Source: Alphaproteobacteria bacterium (GTDB lineage Bacteria > Pseudomonadota > Alphaproteobacteria > MPNO01 > UBA830). Taken from it: a DNA stretch of 64,000 nt. The notes under the pieces were generated by a model. It was not told where the DNA came from. It was given only the letters and a program-made list of their open reading frames with translations, and did not search any database. The position numbers and the translations under genes were made by a program. Within the stretch, counting starts at the first letter, position 1, and the number at the start of each line of letters is the position of its first letter. The DNA is taken from positions 5,344,001-5,408,000 of the forward strand of contig OZ251539.1 in assembly GCA_965243135.1 (NCBI GenBank), given 5' to 3'. Shown piece by piece: positions 41,001-51,545 of the stretch.

Positions 41001-42080
41001 ACCGGGAGGGCCGGCCGGACGCTTAGCGCCGCCCGGCAACCCGGTTCGAGCTCGTACATGTATATCTCTTTCACGGACTCGGCCGCCAGCCCTTTCCGGT
41101 CCTGCCGGCCGCGTCCGCGAGTTGCGCCCACATGAATCCAGTTCGCCGCACGGAGCGAGATGCCCGAGTGATGCGTCGGGTCGACAAAAGTCTCCACCAA
41201 CCAGGGGCGGTGGCCGTAGCGTTCCTCGAAGTCCTGCGCCATCGTCGTCAGCGACATGCTCAACACTTGAGACGCGAGATTGTGGCATTCGACGCCGGGC
41301 AGGAAACGCGACATGCACGCGACCCGGTGCAAATAAGCGCGCCTCCTGTCGTCATCCCAGCCAGTTGTCGCGCGCCGCCAGGCGCCGCGCCGAGGCTGCG
41401 AACCCCACCGCGCCGAGCCAGCCATGGGACGAATCCACGAGATAACGGCACTGAGGGCCGACCAACACCGCCTTGCCGAGCGGATGTTCCGTGATCATCA
41501 ATTCGTTCCAGATCGCACTCTGTGCGGGGTTCCGCACCGGAACCAACTGCAACCCCTCGACGAGATCGACGCGCTCGGGAACGTCCGTCGCGGGCGGCAC
41601 CGGTTCCGGGCTGCGGCGCACCCGGCGGCCTCCGCCTCCTCTCGATGTCGGCAGAGCAATCCGCCCATCCGTTGCGAGAGCGCCAAGGGCCGCGTTGCAA
41701 CTGCTGATCTGTGGACGTCCGAAGGCATCCAAAAAACCGAACTCGCGGCATACCCTGCGGCTGAGTTCGGCTCGCGAAAGTTGCGGTTCGGCGGACAATA
41801 ATCCGCCGACCCGCTGCAATGCCTCAGGCGTGCTCAGGCGTTGCTTGACAAGATTCTGCGTATCCATGGCGTCTTGGTGAATACGCGAATCGATTGTCCC
41901 TGTCCAGAGCCTGATTTATGATTGCAGGGCAGGCCTCGGTTGCTGGCGGCGGCCGGGCTGCGCGGGCTTCCTCCTACCCGCTATTGCGAGATCGCCGCGC
42001 GGATGCTCCCCGAAGAAGTTCACCCCGAGGTCACCGAGAAGCTCGACGGCATTTGCCGCGCCTTCGGAGTCGACCCGTAA
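38046..42080 (+). pseudogene. ABC-type (AAA_15/21) ATPase-TOPRIM (OLD-like) gene split by an IS
   Basis: IRGFKRF, GPNDAGKT, GSGFQQ and LLLDEPDAHL. Removing 39553-41940 restores the frame: ..LLPRLLAAAG..VHPEVTEKLDGICRAFGVDP* (stop at 42080). Confidence 0.88.
39553..41932 (-). mobile_element. Complete IS4-family element (DUF4338-fused IS50-like transposase, frameshifted), 2380 bp
   Basis: IRs CTGCCCTGTCATCACAAATC and CTGCCCTGCAATCATAAATC; TSD GCCTCGGT at 39545-52 and 41933-40; motifs LGDKRL, DREADF and YALRWRIEDWHRTLKSGC. Confidence 0.95.
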
Positions 42081-42371
42081 TCTCGCGCGAGGCCCCGAGC
42101 CCGCCGGTCGAGGAGCTTGGGGAGCGTTGACGCATCAAGTGCGCGAACCATCGGGTCATGGCTTATAAACCGCCCTAACGCGACGATCCGCAACCAGCTG
42201 ATTTGCCGAATAACTTGACATCCCCCGCCGCTATCTCCAGAATGCGGGAAAACTGGGCGGAACCTTGGCGTCGAAGAAGCGACGGAACGACGCGGGATCG
42301 TTCCCGTTCGGCGGGACGAGAAATTGCCTGCATAACGAGGCGGACCAACGCGTTCGCCGGGGAGGAACAAT

Positions 42372-44030
42372 ATGAGCAACGACCGGCGCATAACAGTCGC
42401 CGAAAGCGGCTTTTTCACGGGTTTGCACGGCGGCATGGGCGTCGCCGCGAAGGGAATGGTTCTGGCCTTCGTCGTCTTCACGGCGCTCAACGTCGATTTC
42501 GCGAATTCCATCTACTCGGCGGTTCGCGGCTGGATCGAAGCCTCCCTCGCCTGGTACTACATCGCGGCGGTGACGTTCATGCTGTTCGCGTGCCTGTACC
42601 TCATGTGCAGCCGCTTCGGCTCGATCCGGCTGGGCGACGACGATTCCCGGCCGGAATTTTCGAATTTCTCCTGGTTCGCGATGCTGTTCTCGGCCGGCGT
42701 CGGCATCGGCCTGCTGTTCTTCTCGATCGCCGAGCCGTTGTTCTACTTCGACAATACCCAAGCCTGGAAATACCCGAACAACCCGTTCGCCGACGCCGCC
42801 GGAGTGACGCAGCTCACCGAGCAGCGGGCGCTGCATGCGATGCGGGTCACCTATTTCCATTGGGGCTTCCACGGTTGGGCGGTGTACGTGGTCATCGGTC
42901 TGTGCCTGGCGTATTTCGGCTTCCGCAAGAAGTTGCCCTTCACGCTGCGCTCGGCGCTCTATCCGGTCATCGGCGACAGGATCTACGGGCCCGTCGGGCA
43001 CGGCGTCGACCTGCTCGCCGTGTTCGGCACCGTGTTCGGGGTCGCCACCTCGCTCGGACTTGGCGTCAGTCAGATGGCCGCGGGCCTCAACGTGCTCATC
43101 GGCGTCGATCCCGGGATCGTGACGCAGATCGTCCTGATCGTCGTCATCACCGTCGTCGCGACCTTTTCGGCCGTGTCGGGCGTCGGCAACGGGATCCGCA
43201 TCATCTCGGAGTGGAACATCTGGCTCAGCATCGTGCTGGTCGCGTTCTTCCTGTTCGGCGGACCGTTCCAGTGGCTGATGGGATTATTCATCACGTCGCT
43301 CGGCGACTACATCTGGAACGTGATTCCGATGGGCTTCTGGACAGCGGGAGAGGCCGGCGACAGAGCCTGGCAGGGCGGCTGGACGATCTTCTATTGGGGC
43401 TGGTGGATCTCGTGGGCGCCGTTCGTCGGCATGTTCATCGCCCGGATTTCCCGCGGTCGGACCATCCGCGAATTCATGGTCGGCGTGATGTTCGTTCCGA
43501 CGACCATCGCCTTCTTCTGGTTGTGCATCTTCGGCGGCAACGCGCTTTACATGGAGTTGAACGCGGCCGGCGGTCCCGGGACGGCGGGCGTGCTCGACAT
43601 GGTGCGGAACTGGAACCTGCCGTCGGCTCTGTTCGGCACCATCCAGCGGGTAACGGACATTTCCTGGCTGAATTGGGCGATGGTGGCGCTGGCGACCTTC
43701 CTTCTCGCCACGTGGTTCATCACGTCGTCGGATTCGGGCACGCTGGTCATCACCACCATGCTGTCGATGGGCGACGACAATCCGCCGCAGAAATTCCGGA
43801 TCATCTGGGGCACGGGCGAAGGCTTCGTCGCCGCCGTGCTGCTGCTGGCGGGCGGGTTGAAGGCGCTGCAGACGGCTTCCATCGCCGCCGCCCTCCCGGT
43901 CAGCATCATCATGCTGGCGATGACTTACGGCCTTCTCAAGTCGCTGCGGGAGGATCCGGGCGCGATGCCCGATCCGGAAGAGGAACTCGCGCCCGACGGA
44001 ACGCGACTGCGGGGCGACCTTCGGGCGTAG
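42372..44030 (+). CDS. BCCT family (betaine/choline/carnitine) transporter
   Basis: WFAMLFSAGVGIG, FHWGFHGW, WTIFYWGWWISWAPFVGMFIARISRGRT and ITSSDSG. Confidence 0.96.
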   Translation: MSNDRRITVAESGFFTGLHGGMGVAAKGMVLAFVVFTALNVDFANSIYSAVRGWIEASLAWYYIAAVTFMLFACLYLMCSRFGSIRLGDDDSRPEFSNFSWFAMLFSAGVGIGLLFFSIAEPLFYFDNTQAWKYPNNPFADAAGVTQLTEQRALHAMRVTYFHWGFHGWAVYVVIGLCLAYFGFRKKLPFTLRSALYPVIGDRIYGPVGHGVDLLAVFGTVFGVATSLGLGVSQMAAGLNVLIGVDPGIVTQIVLIVVITVVATFSAVSGVGNGIRIISEWNIWLSIVLVAFFLFGGPFQWLMGLFITSLGDYIWNVIPMGFWTAGEAGDRAWQGGWTIFYWGWWISWAPFVGMFIARISRGRTIREFMVGVMFVPTTIAFFWLCIFGGNALYMELNAAGGPGTAGVLDMVRNWNLPSALFGTIQRVTDISWLNWAMVALATFLLATWFITSSDSGTLVITTMLSMGDDNPPQKFRIIWGTGEGFVAAVLLLAGGLKALQTASIAAALPVSIIMLAMTYGLLKSLREDPGAMPDPEEELAPDGTRLRGDLRA

Positions 44031-44034
44031 CCCT

Positions 44035-44075
44035 TCGGCGCCAATGGGCGGCAAGCTGCCGTCCATTGGCGCCGA
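44035..44075 (+). terminator. GC-rich hairpin after the BCCT gene
   Basis: TCGGCGCCAATGG...CCATTGGCGCCGA inverted repeat; no U-tract. Confidence 0.5.
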
Positions 44076-44818
44076 CGAGCGCTCGGCCTCTGCCGGGGTT
44101 GCGCGGCTATGCTGCTTCGCTCATGAGGATCGCGCTTCCAGGTCTGCTTCACGCTGTCTGACCATGGGTTGAGCGCGTGCGGCCTGACCGGCGACTTCCG
44201 CGTCCAGTGACAGCATCCCCTGCACTCTTCATAGCAGCAAACTGCGTTCCCGGCCGTCGCGTCGACTCTCAGATCGCCCCGGCAGCGCTATTTTTGTTGA
44301 GGTACGGTTCACCAAGCCAGCCTTAAGCCCCGCCAAACAATCGGCCATGCGCACTGGCGCATGTTTCCCTCGGCAGGGAGAGGGGTTCGACCGCGGCGCA
44401 GTCGCAGTTGATAGGGAGAGGTGAAAAACTGCCGGTCAAGGATGCCGAAGCGCTTTCGACGGGACTGAAAGAAAGTTCTCGGCCGGGTAGCGAACGCTTG
44501 CGTTTACGCAGCCGTCCGGCTTCGCCCCTCCGGGCGGGGTACGATGCTGTCGGAGGTCTTGGACAGCGTGGCCTGTCGTAGACTCCACGATCCGGGAGCG
44601 AACGCGACCGGCGGTCGCGAAAATCTCGTCGACGCGCCGGTTTTTGCGGACTGGCCCGCGGCCCGGAGAAAGCGACGGCAAAATCGCGAAACTCGCGGTC
44701 TCGCGCCGGAAAAGGCCCTGAGTCGGTTGGCAAACGGGCCGGAGCGCGCTGCGCTCAGCCGGTATATTCCTCGAAAATCCATAGTTCCCTTGCGGAATTT
44801 CAAGGAATATACCGGGGC

Positions 44819-45985
44819 ATGTTCATCGAACGCCCAGTGGTCCGATCCCGTCTTCGGGAGGCTTTCTCCGTTCATCCGGTCGCGGCTCTCACCGGACCGC
44901 GGCAGTGCGGCAAGACCACGCTGGCCCGAGCCTTGGCGGCCGACGTTTCCTCGAGCGCGTTCTTCGACCTCGAGAGCGCGGTCGACCGGCGGAGACTGCA
45001 GGCGCCCGAACTGACGTTGAGCGGCCTGACCGGACTCGTGGTCATCGACGAAGTGCAGCGTATGCCGGAGCTCTTCGAAACGCTGCGAGTCCTCGTCGAC
45101 CGGCCCGAGAACGCGGCGCAATTTCTCGTTCTGGGCAGCGCCTCGCCGTCGCTCGCGCGGGGAGTTTCGGAATCGCTGGCCGGACGAATGGGTCTGGTCG
45201 ACCTTTCCGGTTTCGATCTTTCGGAAACGGCCTCGGCCCCGTGGCGTCGCCTCTGGCTTCGGGGAGGTTTTCCGTGCGCGTACCTCGCGCCGAACGACCG
45301 CATGTCCGCCTTGTGGAGGCGGAACTTCACGCAGACGTTTCTCGAACGCGACATTCCCCAACTCGGGATCACGGTTCCCGCCGAAACGCTCCGCCGATTC
45401 TGGACGATGTTGGCGCACTATCACGGCCAGGCGTGGAACGCCGCCGAGTTCGCCCGCGCTTTGGGAACGAGCGAAGGCACGGCGCGCAGATATCTCGACA
45501 TTCTCGTCGGGGCCTTCATGGTGCGGACGCTTTCTCCCTGGTTCGCGAACCTCGGGAAACGCCAGATTAAGTCGCCCAAGATCTACGTTCGCGATACGGG
45601 ATTGCTGCATGCTCTCCTCGGTTTGGATACGGCGGACGAGGTCGACGGCCATCCGAAAGTCGGCGCTTCCTTCGAAGGGTTCGCGATCGAGCAGCTCGCG
45701 GGCGCGTTCGGGGGCGACAGAGTCTGGTTTTGGGCGACGCACGGCGGCGCCGAGCTCGATCTGCTCGTCGCGCAGGGCGGCAAGCGTTACGGTTTCGAGT
45801 GCAAGATCGCCGACGCTCCCGGCACGACGCGTTCGATGCGGACGGCGATCAAAGATCTCGGACTGGAGCATCTGTGGGTGGTTTATCCCGGAACCACGCC
45901 TTATGCGCTGGATGACAGGATTTCCGTTTTGCCCGTAGCGGATATCCCCCAACTTGCCGGCGCCTTGGGGAAGGGCGAGCGGTAG
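44819..45985 (+). CDS. AAA_14 + DUF4143 ATP-binding protein
   Basis: GPRQCGKTT, IDEVQ, LGSAS, RGGFP, KSPKIYVRDTG and ELDLL..GFECK. Confidence 0.92.
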   Translation: MFIERPVVRSRLREAFSVHPVAALTGPRQCGKTTLARALAADVSSSAFFDLESAVDRRRLQAPELTLSGLTGLVVIDEVQRMPELFETLRVLVDRPENAAQFLVLGSASPSLARGVSESLAGRMGLVDLSGFDLSETASAPWRRLWLRGGFPCAYLAPNDRMSALWRRNFTQTFLERDIPQLGITVPAETLRRFWTMLAHYHGQAWNAAEFARALGTSEGTARRYLDILVGAFMVRTLSPWFANLGKRQIKSPKIYVRDTGLLHALLGLDTADEVDGHPKVGASFEGFAIEQLAGAFGGDRVWFWATHGGAELDLLVAQGGKRYGFECKIADAPGTTRSMRTAIKDLGLEHLWVVYPGTTPYALDDRISVLPVADIPQLAGALGKGER

Positions 45986-46568
45986 CGCTCTCCGAAAACG
46001 CGATTCGATCGCAAATCGATCGCAGGGCCAGCGACGTGAATTCGGAGGCGCGGTCCATCAGCGGCAGCGCGGCCCGCCTGACCCTTGGTTCGCGAATCGC
46101 GTGTCTTGCCGAGCAGGCGGCGGAACGCCTTGCAGCCGGCCTCTTTGTCGGCCCGCGCGCAGGCCGGCTGACCGCGAACCCGCCTTCGAGGCGCAAGCGT
46201 CCCGAGCCCGGACTTAACTGCCACGCCGGCTTGTCGTCCACGACGCCCTGCCGGTCCGGGGCCATCTTCCGGGGCCGGCCCGACGCGGCGTTCGGCCGCC
46301 AGCCGCTCGGCCGCCTCGGAGTCGTAGCCGGTCGGCTGCGGCGCAGCTCCCGGCCGATCGCCGAGGGGCGCGGCGGACCTCCTTCGCGACGGCGACGTTC
46401 GAATCGCCCCTTTTTGCCGGCCAACGTTCCTTTCTGGTCGGCGCCTTCGGGCGAATCTCTTTTTTGCCCCGCTATCGCCTGACCGCTGCGCGCAACATGC
46501 AGACGGTCACGAAGCCGCCATGTTCGGGGAATTGCGCTTCAAGGTTGAGAGGGCGAGCGCAGGGAGGG

Positions 46569-47447
46569 TTAACCGGCGTCCCTCTTTGATCGTATGCGCT
46601 CGAAGTCCCGGTAGAGCAGCGAAAAATCCTCGTCTTCCATGCCAAGCGCCGCCGCGGCGTCGAGAAAGGCGAGCGTCGCTTGCGAGAACGTCGCGTCGGC
46701 ATCCGCCGCGTCGGCCAGGCGGGCCGCCATTTCGAGATCCTTCCGCAAGTTGCGGACGCTCGAGCGCCCGTCCCATTTCCCCGTCAGGACATGCTTCGGA
46801 AAACGGAACTCGCTCGCGTAGCTGCGCGCGTTGGAAACGTTGAACGCCGCGATCATGTCCTCGAGGCGCAGCCCCGCCCGTTCGCAAAGCCGGCCTCCCT
46901 CGCAGGTCGCAAGGAATATCGAATGACAGACCATGTTGTGTATGAGCTTCATCGTGTGGCCGGCCCCGGAATCCCCGAGATGGAAGATATTGTCGGCGAA
47001 CACTTCCAGATGCCGCCTCGTCCGCGCCAGCGCGGCCGCGTCGCCGCCGATCATGAGGGTCAGCGTGCCGGCCGCGGCGCCCGTCGCGCCGCCGCTCATG
47101 GCGGCGTCGAGATAGGGCACGCCGCGCGCCGCGGCGCGTTCCGCGAGCCTGCGCGTGTCGTCGGGATAGGACGTGGTCAGGTCGTAGACGACGAGGTTCG
47201 CCCCTGCGGATTCGAGCATCGCGTCGAGTTCCGCCTCGATGTCCGGAGTCGCGGGAACCGCGAAGAACACCGTGGCGCCCGCCGCCGCCATGTCTCGCGG
47301 AGCGGCGGCGCGTCCGGCGAACGCGGCGAGCCGTTCTTCGGAAACGTCCCAGACCGCCGTCGCGACGCCGGCGTCGATGAAATTGCGGGCGATGCCCGAA
47401 CCCATGTTGCCGACGCCGACCACGCCGACCTCGAATTCCTTCGTCAT
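46569..47447 (-). CDS. 3-hydroxyisobutyrate dehydrogenase/6PGD-family oxidoreductase
   Basis: GVGNMGSG, DAAMSGG, LTLMIGG and MKLIHN. Confidence 0.9.
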   Translation of the reverse strand: MTKEFEVGVVGVGNMGSGIARNFIDAGVATAVWDVSEERLAAFAGRAAAPRDMAAAGATVFFAVPATPDIEAELDAMLESAGANLVVYDLTTSYPDDTRRLAERAAARGVPYLDAAMSGGATGAAAGTLTLMIGGDAAALARTRRHLEVFADNIFHLGDSGAGHTMKLIHNMVCHSIFLATCEGGRLCERAGLRLEDMIAAFNVSNARSYASEFRFPKHVLTGKWDGRSSVRNLRKDLEMAARLADAADADATFSQATLAFLDAAAALGMEDEDFSLLYRDFERIRSKRDAG

Positions 47448-49362
47448 TCGCGCGCTCCGCGCAGGCTCCGGGCGGCGCGGCGGCCGGAAAGCTGATAGGC
47501 GGACATGCCGACCGCGAGAATCGCGCCGGCGGCGTAGGCGTGGTAACGCAGATCCGCTTCGATGCCCGTCGCGGCGGAAACCAGAGGTCCCGCCGGCAAC
47601 AGCAGGCAGGCCGCCGCCGCCGCCCAGATCGGGCGTTCGCAAGGCGTCCTGCGGCCGAGGCCGGAGCCTTCGAGAAACCTGGCCCATGCGACGACGCCGA
47701 GAAAGCAGGCCGCGACGGTGACGGCGACGTCGAGGGGCGTGCCGTCGAGCAGCAGCGGCGTGTAGACGAACAGGAACGGCATGACGAGGATCATCGACGC
47801 GAGTTTCAGAGCCTGGTTGCCCGTCCTGACCGGATCGCCTCCCGAGATCGCGCTCGCCGCGTAGGCGGCGAGCGCCACGGGCGGCGTGACGGCGCTGACC
47901 ACCGCCACCCAGTAGCTGATCATGTGGGCGGCGAGGGTCGGAACCCCCAGTTCGGTCAGGGCGCCGACGGCGAAGATCGCGAGGATCACGTAGCTCGCGA
48001 CGATCGGAAGCCCCATGCCGACGACGTAGCCGGCGACGATCACCCAGAAGATCGTGACCGGCAGCATTTCTCCGCTGGCCGCGACGAGCAGGTGCGAAAT
48101 CCGGCCCGGCAGATCGCTCTGCGTGGCGGCCGACAACAGGATGCCGAGCACGCCGGCGATGCAGCTGACCACGAGGGTGTTGCGCGCTCCGGCTTCGAGG
48201 GAAATCCAGACGGTTCGCCCGAGTTCGGCGAAGGCGTCCCCCAGGCCTCGCGCGGCGCGGGCCTCCTCGCCGACCGCGACGGCGCCCGGAGACGGCGCCC
48301 GGGCCGCGCTCCGCTCTCCGGCGGGTCCGAGCAGCGCGATCTCGCCGATCTTGAGGACGATGAAGGCGAACAACGCCCAATAGGCGGCGTCGTCCGCCCC
48401 GACGCCGATATGGTCGTCGACGAACCAGGTGAAGGGCGGGCCGATCCGCAGGCCGAAGAAATAGACGAGGAGGCCCGCCGCGGCCGATATCGCGAGATAG
48501 GGCTTCCACGAGGTCCGCGAACGCCGCGTCGGGATCGACGCCAGCAGATCGGTCAGCTTCAGCATGACGATCAGGACGATCGTCTTCGCCGCGGCGAGGA
48601 ACGCGGAGTCCCCGGTGACCAGGAGGTAGATCATCGCCGGGATCGGCGTCAGCAGATGGAGGCGGGTCAGAATGTCGCGCCACGGCGGCAATTCGTCCGC
48701 GGACACGCCGTGAAGCCTGTCTTGCCGCGCCCGGAAATACACGATCAGGCCGACGGAAAAGTAGTAGAGAAGAGCGGGAATCGCGGCGATCTTGACGATC
48801 TCGAAGTAGCTCGTCTCCGTCAGCTCGGCCAGCAGGAACGCGCCGGCCCCCATGATCGGCGGCATGTACGCGCCGCCGGTCGAGGCCGCCGCCTCGACTC
48901 CGCCGGCGAATTCCGGCCGGTAGCCCACGCGCTTCATGAGCGGGATCGTGAACGTGCCCGTCGTCATCACGTTCGCCACGCCGCTTCCCGAAATCATGCC
49001 GAAGAAGCCGCTGCTGATGACCGCCGCGAGCCCGGGACCTCCCGTTCGCCGGCCGGTGATCCTGTAGGCCGTGTCGATTATCAGCGCGCCGAGGCCCGTC
49101 TTCTCGAGGAATGCGCCGAGGATCACGAAGATCACGATGAACGTCGCGAACACTTCGGCGATGAGCCCGAGCATGCCCTCGGTCGACAGCATGAGGAACT
49201 CCATGACGCGGGCGGCGCGGTTGCCGGGGTGGTTGAGGACCCCGGGCATGGCCTGGGCGACGACGTCGAAGGAGTAGACGAAGAAAAGGAAGCCGAGCAG
49301 CGGGATGAGCGGCCCGACGATTCGCCGGGCGATCTCGAAACTGACCGCCGCCATCATCACAA
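47444..49362 (-). pseudogene. TRAP fused (4TM/12TM) permease, 5'-truncated
   Basis: SGSGVANVMTTGTFTIP, EAAASTGG..PPIMGAGAF and TPPVALAAY. Homology begins abruptly mid-helix (IVMMAAVSFEIARR) with no RBS. Confidence 0.85.
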
Positions 49363-49483
49363 TGTGATGCGAGCAGTCGTGCAAGCCGGCAACTGTCCCC
49401 CCAGCCAGCGTTCACGCCATGATCAATAGGAGGGGGCAGAGAAGGGACCGTAGCCCGGAAAAGGCCGTTCGTCAACAGACACG

Positions 49484-49603
49484 AAGAAAAAGGGGCCGGT
49501 GATCCCCGACCCCTGATTCGTCTTCGCGAAAACCCGCGCCCCACTGCTGGGACTGCGAACCTCGCAAAACATCGAGTTTCCTCGACAGCATCGCCAAAAG
49601 CTG
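49484..49603 (-). ncRNA. Putative counter-transcribed RNA (ctRNA) of the repC replicon
   Basis: Minus-strand promoter TTGACG-N17-TAATCT and intrinsic terminator AGGGGTCGG-loop-CCGGCCCCT-TTTTCTT (49484-49514), antisense and upstream of repC. Confidence 0.7.
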
Positions 49604-49609
49604 TCGGAG

Positions 49610-49638
49610 AGATTACAGGGATGGTTTGCGCCCGTCAA
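49610..49638 (-). promoter_or_regulatory. Sigma70 promoter for the ctRNA
   Basis: -35 at 49633-38, -10 at 49610-15, 17-bp spacer. Confidence 0.72.
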
Positions 49639-49710
49639 CCGGAATTTTCGGCGGGCCGGAATTTTTTCGCGAAGGGCCGCAAGCCTTTCACCGGGTCGGC
49701 TATTGCGACC

Positions 49711-51078
49711 ATGGATCTCCAGACTTCGGGCAGCGGCGCCTGCCCGGCGGGCGGAAGGCCCCGCCGCGAAATTCACTATCGGGCCGAATCGGCAGCCGCC
49801 GCGTTCATCGGCCTGCCGGAAGGCGACGACCGGTTCGCCGTCGTCCGGTTGCTCAGGGAAGTCGGGCGCGAAGCCGGCTGGACCGGCCGGCTGATCGAGC
49901 ATCTCGAATTGCTGATCGGCTTCACGCGGCCCCAGGACTGGTTCTGCGGACACCGTCCGATCGTTTATCTCCAGGTCCAGTCGGCGGCGGAACGGCTGGG
50001 CCTTTCCGCCTCCCAGATACAGCGCAACGAGAGGCGGCTGATGCAGTTGGGCGCGGTCTCGTTCCGCGACTCCGGCAACTTCCGGCGCTACGGCAAGCGC
50101 GATGGCGACGGTCGGCTCGTGGAGGCGTGGGGGCTCGACCTGTCGCCCTGCGCCGCCCTTCTGCCGCGACTCAAGCAGCTGGCGAAAGAGGCCGCCGCCG
50201 AACGGGAGGAATTCATGCGGCTCAAGCGCCGGATTTCCGCCGCGCGGCGGCGCATCGGGGCGGCCGTCGATTGCGCCGTCGCCGATTCGAAACTGACGGA
50301 GGAGGCGGCCGCCGCGGCTCGCGTCGAGCTGGACCGGCTGACGCCGCGAATCCGGGCGCGGACGCCGCTCGAAGCGTTGCGGCGGCAAGAGGACGGTCTG
50401 GACCGTCTCGACGCGCAACTGGCGGTTGCGATCGGAGCGAAAGAGCCGACCGCGCCGACGCCCGGCGCGCCGCCGGCGCCGGTCGAACGGCCCGAAGATC
50501 TGCTTTCGGGAGCCGCGGAAATGCGGGCCGCGGCCGCCGCAAATGCGGCCCAGGGACCGCATCGATGCGGCACGCAAGAATATTACAATACAAACCAAGA
50601 ATGTACGAATAAAAATATTACCGTAGCCGGGGGCCGCCCGGAAAGAGGAGCGGACCGCGCCGCCGCCGCGCCCGGAGAGCGCGCGGCTGCGGGAGCTTCC
50701 GGCGGCGCGCGGACCGTCTCTTTTACGCTGCTTCTCGACCTGCTCTCCGAAGAATTCTTCGGGTATCTGCCGCCCGGCCGTCGGGTGGGCTGGAGCGAGC
50801 TGATCTCCGCCGCGGGCCTCGTCGCCGCCGATCTCGGGATTTCGCTCCACGCATGGCGCGAAGCCTGTTACCGCCTGGGGAGGCAGACCGCCGCGACCGC
50901 CGTCGTCGTCATCGCCGCCAAGAAGGCGCGGGGCCTGATCGGTTCGCCGGGGGGCTACCTGCGCGGGATCACGCGGCGCGGCCTCGAGGGCGAACTCTAT
51001 CTCGAACGGAGCGTTTTCGGCCTGGCCAAGGGAGAGGACGGCTATCTCGTCCAGGGGCCCGAGGCCCGGTCGGCGTAG
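49711..51078 (+). CDS. repC: Plasmid replication initiator RepC (repABC type)
   Basis: TRPQDW..RPIV, RDSGNFRRYG, WGLDLSP, LGISLHAWREA and SPGGYLRG. An AT-rich patch at about 50575-50622 is consistent with an intragenic oriV. Confidence 0.85.
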   Translation: MDLQTSGSGACPAGGRPRREIHYRAESAAAAFIGLPEGDDRFAVVRLLREVGREAGWTGRLIEHLELLIGFTRPQDWFCGHRPIVYLQVQSAAERLGLSASQIQRNERRLMQLGAVSFRDSGNFRRYGKRDGDGRLVEAWGLDLSPCAALLPRLKQLAKEAAAEREEFMRLKRRISAARRRIGAAVDCAVADSKLTEEAAAAARVELDRLTPRIRARTPLEALRRQEDGLDRLDAQLAVAIGAKEPTAPTPGAPPAPVERPEDLLSGAAEMRAAAAANAAQGPHRCGTQEYYNTNQECTNKNITVAGGRPERGADRAAAAPGERAAAGASGGARTVSFTLLLDLLSEEFFGYLPPGRRVGWSELISAAGLVAADLGISLHAWREACYRLGRQTAATAVVVIAAKKARGLIGSPGGYLRGITRRGLEGELYLERSVFGLAKGEDGYLVQGPEARSA

Positions 51079-51098
51079 GGAGAACGGAGGAGGAGAAC

Positions 51099-51545
51099 AT
51101 GACGGTCCATCGAAAGGGCACGGGACCCCCGGTCTCGTTCTTGTCGTCGAACGCCCCGCGCGGCGGACGGCTCCGCCCGGTCGGAAGCTCCCGGCGCGGT
51201 CCGACGACCGGGAAGCGGCGCCCGTCGCGAGACGAAGGCGCTCGCCGGGAGCGCCGCCCTCCGGACGGCGGCCTTGAACGACGCGCGGCGCCGTGCCGCG
51301 GCGAGCGGCGCCGGACTGCCGAAAGCGTCCGCGCCGCCGGCCCGGAGATCTTTGACGAGGCGAAACCGCGCTCGGCAGGCGGATTCTTTAGGAACCGTCT
51401 GGCGCGGTTTCGGCGGGCGCGGCGCGCGGCGGAAGAACCCGAACGCACGGTGTTACGCGCCGGGCCGTCTGTCGCCATGAACATGGCGACGTGTATGCAG
51501 GGAACGTGCGCAAACGAGCGCGCAGAAGAAGGGAGAAAGTCATGA
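51099..51545 (+). CDS. Hypothetical Arg-rich protein translationally coupled to the recombinase
   Basis: Strong GGAGGAGG RBS; its stop overlaps the recombinase start (ATGA). Confidence 0.55.
   Translation: MTVHRKGTGPPVSFLSSNAPRGGRLRPVGSSRRGPTTGKRRPSRDEGARRERRPPDGGLERRAAPCRGERRRTAESVRAAGPEIFDEAKPRSAGGFFRNRLARFRRARRAAEEPERTVLRAGPSVAMNMATCMQGTCANERAEEGRKS

Noticed and set aside
30494-42080. UvrD plus ATPase-TOPRIM as one Gabija locus
   Set aside because: The two genes are over 5 kb apart, on opposite strands and separated by metabolic genes.
44080-44800. Possible degraded nuclease or RES-domain fragments
   Set aside because: Motif resemblance is too weak to name.
45990-46560. Possible eroded gene on the minus strand
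   Set aside because: No recognisable family; fragments lie in several frames.
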